Shown: piece after piece, positions 24,101 through 36,100 of the stretch
Layout: each line of letters starts with the position of its first letter
Numbering within the stretch: the stretch's first letter is position 1
Origin: Cyanophora paradoxa CCMP329
Taxonomy: Eukaryota > Plantae > Glaucophyta
Assembly: GCA_004431415.1 (NCBI GenBank)
Contig: QPMI01000684.1
Location: forward strand, 1 to 64,000
Length of the DNA: 64,000 bases
Direction: 5' to 3'
Position numbers and translations under genes: made by a program
The notes under the pieces: generated by a model
What the model was told of the DNA's origin: nothing
What the model saw: the letters and a program-made list of their open reading frames with translations, nothing else
The model's database searches: none

Positions 24101-27100
24101 TGGGCTGGCCTGGCACGGCAGACCCCGGAACTCCGGCTTCGAATTCCACCCGATGCGGATATCGATCGGGAGTCAGCCGGTCCTCGGGATCGGCCGGCGA
24201 GCGCCAGTGGCGCGTGTTGTACTCGTCCCAGGGCTGCCACCTCAGGGCAGGGCCGCGGGGAAAGATCTCGTCAGGGTGCAGGGCCGCGGCTCGGCGAACC
24301 CTCGAGCGCCCCACCGACGAGGTCCAGTCTCTGAGCGCTTTGGGACTTCCTCGGCAAGCGCGAGGGGAAAGTCGTTGGCGTCACAGGCGTCCGGCGGGCG
24401 GGCCCACCAGGCGGCGACTCGTCGCCGGCCTTGCCCGGAGCGTCCCCGGCCGGGGTCGTCGGGCATCCCCTCGTCAGAGGGAATTTCGCGCTCCTCAGCG
24501 GCGGGGGCCCGGCCGGGCCCGGCTCTCGTTGCTTCGGAGCTTGAGGCGGCGGGGCTGGCCCAGGCACCGTCGGCGCAAAGCGTTCTGGCCACAGGGCGGC
24601 CTGCGGCCGCGCCTGCTTGCACGTGGCGGGGGCCTTGGCCTTAAGCTTCGCGAACCCCGCAGACGCGGCGAGCTTGGCGAGCTCAGCGGCTCGCGGGGGA
24701 GGCGTTGCGAGGCGCGTTTGAATTCGATTTTACAGCTCGAGCTCGTGATCTTGCATATGCATGATCAGATGCATGATCATGATCAGCAGCTCGCGTACTG
24801 TGCACGTGCATACGCATGCGGTACTGCCGCGGCTTGCCATCGATATCATGATCATGGCGTCACACCCCTTCTTGCTAGCACCGTCCGCGGTGCTCCGCGA
24901 GAGAAGGTGTCACGGTGTGCCAGGTACCGGCTAGCTGCAGCTGCCGCAAGCTTGAGCTCGAGGCAGACGGCTAGCGCATAGCTAGTGCACAGCGGAATGC
25001 GAAAGATAAAGCGGCTCGAGCCCCTGAGGGCCGCGCTATCGATATCGATATCGCTTCGCGGCTCAAGCTCTTGATCATGAAGTGAGCTCGAGACCGCGTC
25101 TCATAGCTAGGCCTTCAGCTTATAATTGATCAAGCTTGAGCCTTGCGTCGACGTTCGATGTGTGTGCCGCTGGCGCCGAGTGCATCACCGTCACCGCGGC
25201 GTTGCGTCGGATCCGAGGCCATGGCCAGCGTGCAGGCGCTCATGATCATGATCAAGAGTTGAGGCCGAGAGAAGCATCAGCCGAGGGAAGGCTAATGCTC
25301 TCAAGCTCGAGATCTTGGCCATGGCGGGGCAAGAGGGCCCTGCCTGCAGGCAAGGCAGCAGGTGGGTCCGCTCTGCAGTCGGTGCCCTTGAGCTCCAGGT
25401 CTTGAGGGCATTCTCAGGTCAAGCGACGGCGTAAAGCCACGCTAGTCCATGAGATAATGTGCCTCACTCGAGATCCGAGGCCGTCGTGGTCCACAGCAGC
25501 GGCGAGCAAGCTCGGCTGCGGCGATTCTGGAGACAGCTCGGGCGCGCACGCCTCAGCCATCGATCCGATCGCTCTTCCTCTCGCCCGGAAGGAACTCGGG
25601 CGCGCGGCCTCAGTTCTCAATCCGGTCCACTCGCCGGAAGGAACTCGGGCGCGCGGCCTCAGTTCTCGATCCGGTCCACTCGAGCTTGTCCAGCACGATC
25701 GCAGCAGCCGTAGAGGGCTGGCGTCGCGGCGAGTGACTGGCGACCGACCGGGAATAGCACCCTCGGGCTCGCACGGCAGCTCGCGCAGGCGGCGTCGACG
25801 AATCCGACCGGGAATAGCACCCTCGGGTATTCGCGCGCGGGCCTGGCTTCCACAGGACTAAGTTCTGGCCGTCGTAACCGCGCTGAGCCAGAACCTCAGC
25901 CCGCGGCCGTGGGCGCCAGGCTAAGCCACGCGGCTGCCCCCACGTCTCCTCCAGATCCGCTGAAGGATCTGCGGGCGAGCGGCTCGCCTGGCTCTCTATA
26001 GCTGGCCAGCGACCGCCCGCGCTTTGTGGGGCGCGCGCGGCGCAGGCGAGGTCCGAGCCCGTACGCGTCCAGTGCCAGGATCAAATCTGCCGACCCCAGC
26101 AGATCAAATCCCAAGGGCGAGGGCCAGGCGCGCACCCCGAGGGCCGTGCGCGTGCGCTGCGCCAGCACAGGCCGTGAAGAACTCCGGCGCGAAGCGCTGG
26201 GCTCGGAGTGCAAGGCTAGCGAGAGCCAGCACAGCCGATCGACCAGACTCATGCACGCCTCGGTCCAGGGCGAGGCTCGCCAGTCGCCGGTCGTCGTAAA
26301 GGTCTTCTTTTATCTGCTCGAGGCCGTACGCGCGGCGCTGCGCGGCGGGGCGCGCGTACGGGCATGGGCGTCGAGGTTGTCCCTCGGGGATCTGGACAAG
26401 ATCTGCGGCGTCCGTCGGCGAGGGCGACGGGAGGGCGCGTCCGACCGCATTTATCGGTTCTCCAGAGCTAGTTCTACGTTTCCGGTGCGCTGACGGAGAG
26501 CCTGGCGGCTCGCTGAGGCTGATCGCTGTGTGCGTATCGATCGCACGCCGATCCGGGCCCGCCGGTGCGCGGGGGTCGCCGATCGGCACTGAAACGATGT
26601 TTCTAGAGCTACTAGCGATGCGTGCGCATCGCTGATGGTCGCCGAAGATGACGGGCTGATGCTGTCGGAGGCTGCCCACGGGCCCAGTTCCGTGAGCAGT
26701 GGCGCCTGTCGGATGGGAGGTATTCCCACCCGATTGGGCACCCGCGCAGTACTGCGCGGGGCCGGCTCCCTGTGCTGGAGCAGCTGTAGATGCAGGCTGG
26801 TGTATTCACTGTGTACCCGGAAGACTACTGACTCTGTACCCCTAAGACAGGTAGAGGCAGGCCAGCGTAGGCTACCGAGAGGTAAGCCTACAGGAAGAGA
26901 GACTATGCTAAGCCACTCAGGCTACGTCAGGCACCAACTAGCTCTAGTCACTAAGTCACCGCAAGGCCAGGGAATCGAGCCAGGCGACAAGGAACCAGAT
27001 CTAGACCGGGCGCGCGCACCCCCGTCGCATCGGCGGCGAGCACCGAGACGAGCGCCCAGCGGCCGCCCGCGCTCCCGAACTGCATCCGCAGCGAGCGCGC

Positions 27101-30100
27101 CGGCCCAGCTGCGCGGCGATCGTTGTCAGCGTCCAGCTGCGAAACCGGATCTGATCATGAATTCGGAGGCGCACAGGCGGCATCCCATCGCGCGGGGCTG
27201 TTCCAGTCGACGGTCACGTTGGCGAGCGCGTCGAAGACGCCGCTCGGGTCCGGCCCCGATGTCACCGCCGACTGCGGGAAATTAAACTCAAGATCAGCCG
27301 CTGGCCATGGCCAAGCGATAAATCACGATCGTGATCAAATCACGGGAGCCGTTGAGCGGCGCGCGCCTCGATCTGGCCGCGGCGCGGCTGCTCGACGCTG
27401 ACGCCGTCGACGACGCACTGCAGGCGCCCCGCGACGAGCGTCGACCCGTCCGCCGCCGCCGCCCGCAGCAGCACCGCACGCGGCGCCGGCGTCGCCGCCG
27501 GCCGCCCGCCGCCGCGCCGGCGCCGGCGGCCGTGTCGCGGTCGCGCACGGTGAACTCGGGCCCGGGCTCCGTGCAGCCCGAGGGCGACTCCTCGTCCTCC
27601 AGGAGGCACGCCACGAGGGCGTACTTGCCCCCGGCCGCGAAGGGCGGGGCGATCAGCGGAATGCGCGCCGAGTGCCGCCCGTTGCTGCTCCCGCTCGGGC
27701 TGCTCACGGCGATCGACTGGACGACGCGGTGATTCGCGGCGCTCACAACGCTGATCTGCAAGCGGGGCGTCTCCATTGCGAAACACAAACGCGTGCCTAC
27801 ACCAGAAGGGCGCGCACCTGGACGCTGCTGGCGAAGCCGCCGACCATGTAGCCCACCGTGAGAGAGGAGCCGAGCTTCGCCTCCGCCGCGTCGACGTCTC
27901 CTACGAGGCGGATCGTGCCTGGACGATTGCCAATGTACAATTAAAACGGCGAATCGAACTCGATTCAAGCGAATCGGAACACGAGCGCACTCTGGCCGAT
28001 GTCGAGGAGGGCCATGTGGGCGCCGGCGACTACGTAGAACTGCCGCGGGGCCGGCCCGCCCCGCAGCACGACGGGCCCCAAGGCGTTCGAGGCGAGGCCC
28101 GGCAGCACCGCCGCGAGCTCCAGCAGCGTGCTCCGCTCCACCTTCCCCTCCGCCAGCGCCAGCAGGCCCAGTCGCGGCCCGGCCGGCTCGGAGCCGGCCA
28201 GGACCCGCCGCCGCGCTCCGCCCTTGTCGCCGTCGCGATCGATGGCGACGACGGCGTAGGAGCGGCTGACGAGGAGCAGGTCGGAGACGGCGCCGCCGCC
28301 GGGGAGCGCGGGGTCGCGCTCCTGCGGGACCTGCTCCCGGCCCGGCTCCGACGGGTCCGGGCGCAGCGGAAGGCGGAGGAGGCGGCCGGCGTCGGTCACG
28401 AGCACCGCGAAGCGCTCGTCGGGGCCACAGCGAGCGAGCGTGGGCACTCGCCCCGCGCCCGCACAACCACCGTCTCCACGCCGCCCGTCGCGTCCACCGC
28501 GTGCACGTGCACCGACCCGCTCTCCGCGTTGCACCGCGTGCCGCCCGCCTCCGCCCGTGCATCCGACTGCAGGAACACGGCCCGCGTTGGGCGGGCCATC
28601 GGGGCCGTGCCCACGAGTACGATGGGCTTGGCGCTGGAGGCCGGGAGGGCGAGGCGCTGGGCGGCGAGGCCGCCGGGCGGAGGAGGACGCGGTAGACGGC
28701 GCCGGAGCGCGTGCCTACGAAGACGGCGGCGGCATCGGCCCCGGCCCCGGCCCGGCGACGAGGGCGCAGGCGGAGGGCCCCGGCAGGTCGGCGGCGCTCA
28801 GCGTGCGGTTCGCGCCGCTGCTCGCGTTCATCGCCACGAATGTCACGTCGCCTGCAGAATTAGACGTGAGCGGCCGCGAAAATCGCGGTATCCGCCAGCG
28901 CTATAGTTGCGGCGCACCTTCGGCGCCGTTCATGGCGAAGAAGAGGGTCTCGGCGCCGTCTGAGAGGGCGCAGGCGGCCTCGCCGGTGCGGGAGACGAGG
29001 ACGGACCGGACGCCGGCGGCGCCGGCGGTGCCATTTGAATTTGCGCCCGGGGCGCCCACCGCGAGCAGGCGGGCGACGACGGGCTTCCGCGTCGCTGCGA
29101 GCCCGAGCCCGAGGCCGAGGCCGGAGAAGGCCGACCCGGCCCCAGCGCTCAGGAACGCGAAGGCCGCCCCGGGGCCCGCCGTCCCGTTCGGGTCGAGCGC
29201 GAGCGACGCGCGGCCCGCGGGCTGCGTGATGGCTGCGGCGCGCAGGGTCAGATCCAGATCTAGTCCGCCTTCATATTATTATTTCGTCCTGTGGTGTGCT
29301 CTCACTCGGGATGGGTACGGCGTCGGTGGAGGCGGTGAGGCGCGGGTTGGTGGCGGTGCTCCCGTCGATCTCCAGAGTCAGGCTGTACACCGCCTCGATG
29401 TGACCCCGCGAAACCATCTCCAGCGTCTGCGGAAATTTATGATCAGTTTGCGCAAAATACTGCAAAGTGAAGTGTAGGACAATCTGCTTCTGTCCGCTTG
29501 GCACCTTTCTCGCGGCGGCGAGGGCGCCGGTGGAGGAGCCGAAGTCGACGACAGCCGTCTCCTGCGCGAACTGCAGCAGCGCGCGGGCCGGCCGCCCGGT
29601 CCGCGCCTGCACCGACATCGCCGAGGGGAGGTGGCCCGTCACGTCCCGGATCGCCTCCGCCACCCTCGAGAATCGCTCTGCGCGAAGGCGCCTTCGGCTT
29701 TTGCTGCGCCGCAAATTCGCGGGCCTGAAAGCAGTGTGTGCGGCGGACCGATCTCGGGGTCGTAAGTGAGTCTCGCGAGAACATTCTTGTCAAGCGGCGC
29801 CCCTGCGACCCCGCGAAAACGCGCGTGAAGAAACGGCTTCGTTGTCAGGCAATGCGCCGTTCGCGAGATCACGCACCGAGGAAGGGATAGGCGACGTTCG
29901 CGCGGGCCTGCAGCTCGGAACCCTGCAGGTAGACCTCGTAGATGCCGACGAGCGTGGGCGACGTCCCTGGGAGCGATCGCAGCAGCGAGTAGAACGTCTG
30001 ATCGACGGATTAGTTAACGTTGCTCGGAAATAAAAACCGGAAAAGAAGCCAATTGCAAGGCGCGCGGACAACGGAGTTTTGAGCATAGGAGGAAAGGAAC

Positions 30101-33100
30101 GTGAAGCTAATGGTGGCTTCGGCCTTTCTGCTGCGGACGCTCGCGCCCCCCAACGAGCCGGAGCCCCGCTGCGCCAGGCGCCGCGCTGGGGATGCAGACG
30201 CAGAGCCGCCCTCCGCGACCGGCTCGTCCTTGAGGAGGACGGGGGCGATCGGGTAGGACGTGTAAGCCGCGATCCTCGAGACGAGGGCGGCACCATCAGG
30301 GACGACGCTCGGGTTGTAGGCGACAACCTCCACGACGCTCAGCAGCATCGGCGTCGGCGTTGGAGCCGGCGCCGTCGTGAAGGGCGCGGTCGCGGCGCGG
30401 GGCGACTCGCCGGCTGCGTTGATGACGGAGGCGCTGCAGACGTACACCGTACCGGCGCTCAGGCCGGTCACGTCGATGGTGGCCGCCTCGTCCCCGGGCA
30501 GGGCCGGGACGGCACCGGACCACGCGGCCGTCCCGGCGCCCGCGAGGACGCAGCTCGCTGAGACGCCCGTGATCCAGGACCCGCCATTGTAGCCAAAGGT
30601 GGCCTTCAGCAGCGCCTGGTCCCGCCGGATGGACGAGACGGTCACGGCGGACGGGGCCGCCGGCGCCTCCGCCGCCGTGAGAAACGGCGCCGATGCGTTC
30701 GCGCGGGATGTCCCCTGCGCGTTGCTGGAGTTTGCGGAGCAGAAGTAGGTCGCGTTGGGGAGGAGCCCGGTCGCCAGGAAGCTCCAGGTGGAGGTGCCGG
30801 CGGCCACTGGGCTGGACCCCGTCCAGACGAGCGGGCCGCTGCCTCCGCTGCCGCTCGTGCAGGAGGCGGCGACCGACGTGATCCAGGCCCCGCCGCTGTA
30901 GCCCAAGACGATCCGGACAGTCGCGTTTCTCGGATGGATGGCGGAGATGACGACGCTTGCCGGCGGTGCAGGCGGTTCCGCGCCCGTCGAGAATGGCTCC
31001 GATGCGTTTGAGGACGAGTTGCCGCCCGAGTTGCGCAGCACGACCGAGCAGGTGTAGCTGGTGTTTGGCGTCATGCCGTAGACGCCGAAGGTCACGGATG
31101 TCGCGACCTCGGGCGCGGCCACTGATCCGTAGCCCGACCCTTCGCTGGCGCCGGCGGCGGCCACTGCAGGAGCGCAGCGTGCCGAGGCCGACGTGATCCA
31201 CCCGCCACCGTTGCCTCCAAAAAAGGCGGTCACGTTCGCGGAGCGCGCCGTCACGTCGAACATTGAGACGGTGCGGGGCGGGTCAGGCGGCTCGGCAGTC
31301 GTCACAAAGGCGGGCGACGCAAAGTTCTGCGACGTGCCGACCCGCGTCGTTGTGTTTGCGGAGCAGACGTACGTCGTATTTGGTGTCAACCCCACGACAT
31401 CGAACGTTGCCGAAGTTGCGTCTGGCGCGGAGGGGGCCGAGGCCGACCAGACTTCTGCTGACGTGTTGCCTGCGGGCGCACAGCTCGCCGCGGCCGAGAC
31501 AATGAGGTCTCCGCCAGCAAAGCCGTAGGAGACGAGGATGGTGGCGTTTCGGGGCCGGACGCCCGTCGCGGCAACGGAGGGCGCCGCGGGTGGCTCGCGA
31601 AGCATGAGAAACGGCGCCGATGCGGCGTTCGAAGACGTCGTCCCGCTGCTCGTCGCGTTCGCCCGGCAGACGTACGTCGTGTTCGGGACGAGGCCGACGG
31701 CGATCAGGACCGACCAGCCCTCGTTGGCGGAGGGCGTCGCGACAGCGCCCCAGTGAGAGGGGCCGCCGGATGCGGGGGCGCAGCTGACGGAGGCACGCGC
31801 GATGGCCACGTCGCCATTGTAGCGGTAGCGCACGAGGACGGTCGCGTTGCGGCTCTGCACGTCGTACACCAGCACCTCCGCCACGCCCGCCGCCGCTGAT
31901 GCCCCCGCCGGATGCGAGCCTGGAGGGGGCCGGATCGGGACGGGAAGCCGATTAGTAGCTGCGGCGGGGCAAGAGGTTTGCACCGTTGATGCGGACGGCA
32001 AACGACGTTGCTGCGGAAGAGCTGTTCAGGCCCCCGACAGCAAAACTGTCCGCCGAAGCTCAGCCCCATCAGAGGCATCCGAAACGAATAATGTTGGAGC
32101 CGCAATCGGGCGCACGTGGTGCAGGTGAAGGAATCGGATCCCGAGGCGGCATACCGCAGGCTGTAGGCAGGCCCGGAGACCGCCGCATTTAGCTCGCTCG
32201 CGACCAAGCCCCCGGCTGGTTGGAATTCAGGGATTCCGCTACAAGAACGTGCAAAGAATTGCACACTCGTAGGGTCGATGAAGAGGGGCCGGTAGCCGTC
32301 GCCCACCCAGAGGAGAAGGTCGCCGCACGCACCGAGCACCGCACCCGCCTCGGCTGTGATCGGCCCGAGCGTTGTCGTGAGCCCAGCGTTCCAGTGGCGG
32401 GCCGCCACGACGCCCGCCAGCGACGTGACTAGCCGCCATGTCTTTGTTCCCGGCGCCGCCAGGTCGATTTCGCTGCAGGATCCGGAGGCATTCTCAGCGA
32501 CAACACCCGGTCGTGCACGCGATCGCAAGCAATCGATCGCGAGCTCAAAGCGGCCCGTGCGCACTAAATCGATGTCGAAGGTGCACCGTCGCCCCATCCG
32601 ATAAACCACTTCGACGCGATGCGAGCGTGAGGGGCATGGAGGCCGAGGGAAACGGGCGACGAAACGTTGTCGAAAGCCCACCCTGCCGCCGCCGTCCACC
32701 TACAACCGAGCCCGAACAGGGGTTAGATCGCATCTTTTCCACTCTATTTGCCACGTTACCATGTAGACCCGCGCACCTCAGCAGGTCGCCGGTCGCGAGG
32801 GCGCTCCCGCCCGTGATCCACAGGACTCCGTTGTAGACGGTGCTCGCTGCGTGCGTGGCTGTCATCATCAAGCGACTTCGGCGAAGCAGTACCGGAAAAG
32901 CTTCGACTACGATTCTAGATCCGAAGAGATGCACCGTGCCCGTAGATAGGTACCGGCATTGCCGGGCCATCCACACGAGCGTCGAACGACACGGGAAATC
33001 TGCAGAACATGTCCTTGGCTGCCCCGTCGAAGCCACCTGTCTCCGACCGCAAAATTCAATCGATATCAGACTCGGACGTCCGGTTCGCGCGAAACTCACG

Positions 33101-36100
33101 CGCGGATGCGCACCGGTGCAAAAGACGGCGCTGTCTTCGTTGTAGGAGCACGACGCGCTCCGAACCGCGACCGGAAGCGTCGCACTTGCCACGGCCCACA
33201 AGAACGCGTTGGAGTCTGCGGAAAGACGATAGATTTGCAGATGACGATAGGCGTTCAGGGAACGCTCTCGCCTGCATTGAGAATCACGATTTCATTCATG
33301 GCGTTCGTGCCGTCCGCCAGTGACGCGCCGCCAAGGCTTGCCAGGTGCAAGCCTCCGCCTGCCCCGCGGAAAACCACCCCCGCGGCGAGCAGCCGGGCCG
33401 GGAAGGGGCCAGGCCCGCCCTGCACAGTCTCCAGCGCGTGCGGCAGCAGCGTGGAAAATTCGCCGGACGACACCGAGCTCGACGTCTGCCCGCCCTTCGT
33501 CGCATTGGCGGTGCAGCTGTACGTGGCGTTCGGCGAAAGGCCCGTCGCCATCAGCGTCGCGGCGCCCGTCGTGCTGTTGATCGCCGAAGTCTGCCCCGTC
33601 CATGCCGCGAGCCCGACACCCTGACCTGAGGGGACGCAGCTCGCGGCGACGCTGTCGCCCGCGACGCCGCCCGTGTAGCGCAGCCGCACAGTCACGAGGG
33701 CGTGCCGGGCACCCATCCCGCCCATGGTTACCGAGCTGACTCCGGCTTGACCGTCTGCGTGATACGATGCTGCATGCGTGCAAAAGTGATCGATGTGCGA
33801 CACCGCGTATACGACTTCCGACGCACCAGAAAAACGATATGCGTCGGATTTTAGCGAGCCGGTCGCCGAAAACCCCCCAAAGGAGATGCTGCGCAGCAAG
33901 AGCAAGTCAGCAAGCGGCTTCGGGATTGTACATGTGAACGTGAAGTAATTCTATAACAGCTTGGAAGGGGGAAGAGCTTACACCGTGCAGGAGAAGGCTT
34001 CGAAGGAGGATGCCGGGGCGTAAAAGGGCAGGAAAGGGCCGATCTGCTCAGAGGTCGATGCGTCTGCCACGACCTGACCGCCTGCGAAAGCGACGCAGCC
34101 GTCGGCCGGCATCGTTAACGTGTGTCTCTCGCGAAACAGAACAGAAGCGTTTCCAATTCGCGCACTGACAGAGTCGATGAGAATGGGGCGGTGGTCCATC
34201 CCGGCCCACAGCAGGTGATAGCCGCAGCCTCCTAGGGCTGCAATCGGGGCGGCGCCGAGGCGAGAGGCATCCACGGATGGAAGGCTGGCTAACAGGCGCC
34301 ATTGCTTGGTGCCAGTTGCAAAGAGAAGATCAAGCTCGCTGTAAGCGAAAGAATTAATGCAGAATGGCATGTGGTCGCCCTACATCGCGGACGCACAAGA
34401 TTGCGGTGGCGTTGAACAGTGCGAACCAGCGCGACCCGACGCGCGCATGAGGCGCGGATTGGGCGATGTTCAACGCCGGAGAGGGGGTTAAGAGGCTCTC
34501 GATGACCCAGCCAGTCAACGCGGACCATCTGCAAAAATACGTATGCAAATCATTGAATGCGACAAGCGTCCGCATCCAGTTTTCGAACCTCATTAATCTC
34601 CTTGAAGAAAAATCCGTTCCTCCGTGCCCAGTAACCCAAAGCGATCCCGCAAAGAACGTGCTACCTTTTCAGCGGTGTGAGGTGCGAAATTGCAATTCGT
34701 CACGTATGCGTCGCGCTCATAATTATGCACGCGCGCTTACAGTGGCCAGCGACTGTGGATGGCAACCTGCCAAGGTCCACGCGCCTTTCGAGCGTCGCCG
34801 GGAAGCTCCAAAAGAGGTCCAGGGCAGCGCCGGTCTCGTTGAACCCGCCTGACACGATTCAAATTACACGGTGCAGTAAAGCACGTGCATGCACGGCCAC
34901 CGAAGCACCGGAGCAGTAAACGGTCGAGGCCTCATCGTACGTGCACGACGCGGAGTAGACCGCGGCAGGTGCTGTCACCGAGGCCAGGAACCACGCGTTG
35001 GAATCTGCGAGGAGTTGAAGTAGGTCTAGGAATGCATGTGCAGGGACTGCAGATCCCCTTCTGAAACAGCGCACCGGCATTGAACACGTGCACCTCGCTT
35101 GTAACGTTAACGGAACCGGCAGAGGAACTTGTTGCCCCGCCGATCGCGGCAAGGAGCCTATCGCCCGTCGCGCCGGCCGAGCTGCGGAACACGACGGCTG
35201 CAGAAGCAAAGCGCGGCAAAATGCCGGACGCGGCAACCCGCACAGTCTCGAAACCTCTGGCATCTTACGCGCGCGCATGAGGCACTGAAAGCTCAAATGC
35301 TTATCATGGCATGCAAATGCGACCGTCCCGGCGCACCTTTCGTCGTGAACGGCGGTGAGGCGGCATCCGCTGACGTCGCCGTCGCGGTGCTGATGTTCCC
35401 GGAACAGGTGTACGTGTTGTTAGGCACGAGCCCGGTCGCCCAAAAGAAGGCGTTCCCGCTGCCCGCGCGGACGGACACGCTCTCAGTCCACACCGCAGGC
35501 CCGCCCGCCACCAGGGCGCAGCTGGCCGCGGCGGCCGTGATCCAGTTGAAGCCGTTGAACTTGAACGCCAGGCGGATGCGCGCCTTGTCCCGTTCCACGG
35601 TGTCCACAAAGAGGGATTGCACCACGGGCGATGTATTGGCCAACAGGGTGGCTGCTCGCAGAAGATGCGCATGCGTCGGCAGGCGGAAAATTAGACATGC
35701 TTGAAATCACGCATACCGTTCACGCGGTATACTATTGCAGAGAATGACCCAGCTCCAGCATACCTGGGCGATCGCAGGCCGTAGTTATAAGCTTGAATAT
35801 GCGCGCGTTCGGAGAGACTCGGTGGCACTCACGCTGTGCAAGCATACGGCTCGGAGCCTCGAACGGATGCAGTGATTTCATACAGCGGGCCCGTGTTGCT
35901 TTTCGCCGTCTGCGCATTTGCGACCACGCGTCCCGCTGTCGCGCGTGCGCGATGCATGTGCACACGTTCAGAAAGAGGAAGGGAAGAGATCACAGATATT
36001 GGTACCGTTCAGCGCACCGGCCGCGTCCAGGAGCATGGGCCGCACTCGGATCGGCATTAAGAGGAGGAGGTCTCCGCAGCCGCCGAAGATCGGGTTGTCG

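Larger units (their letters stand above)
14329..26989 (-). mobile_element. LTR retrotransposon, non-autonomous, Ty3/gypsy-derived
   Basis: Two 283-bp direct repeats with TGTCG...CGACA ends. A 5-bp target-site duplication AGGAA lies at 14324-14328 and 26990-26994. A minus-strand polypurine tract abuts the left LTR. There is no intact gag/pol ORF, but ordered RT/RNase H-like remnants remain. Confidence 0.93.

Noticed and set aside
26104-26679. gag ORF
   Set aside because: The position fits, but no zinc knuckle or other recognisable Gag motif is present.
26680-26706. Primer-binding site of the LTR element
   Set aside because: The minus strand reads GGCGCCACTGCTC with no canonical TGG start. 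A partial resemblance to the complement of the initiator tRNA-Met 5' end is too short and gapped to call.
102-29500. Many long Arg/Pro/Gly/Ala-rich six-frame ORFs on both strands
   Set aside because: They are by-products of very high GC content and read-through of short introns. Only the minus-strand exon fragments carry domain motifs.
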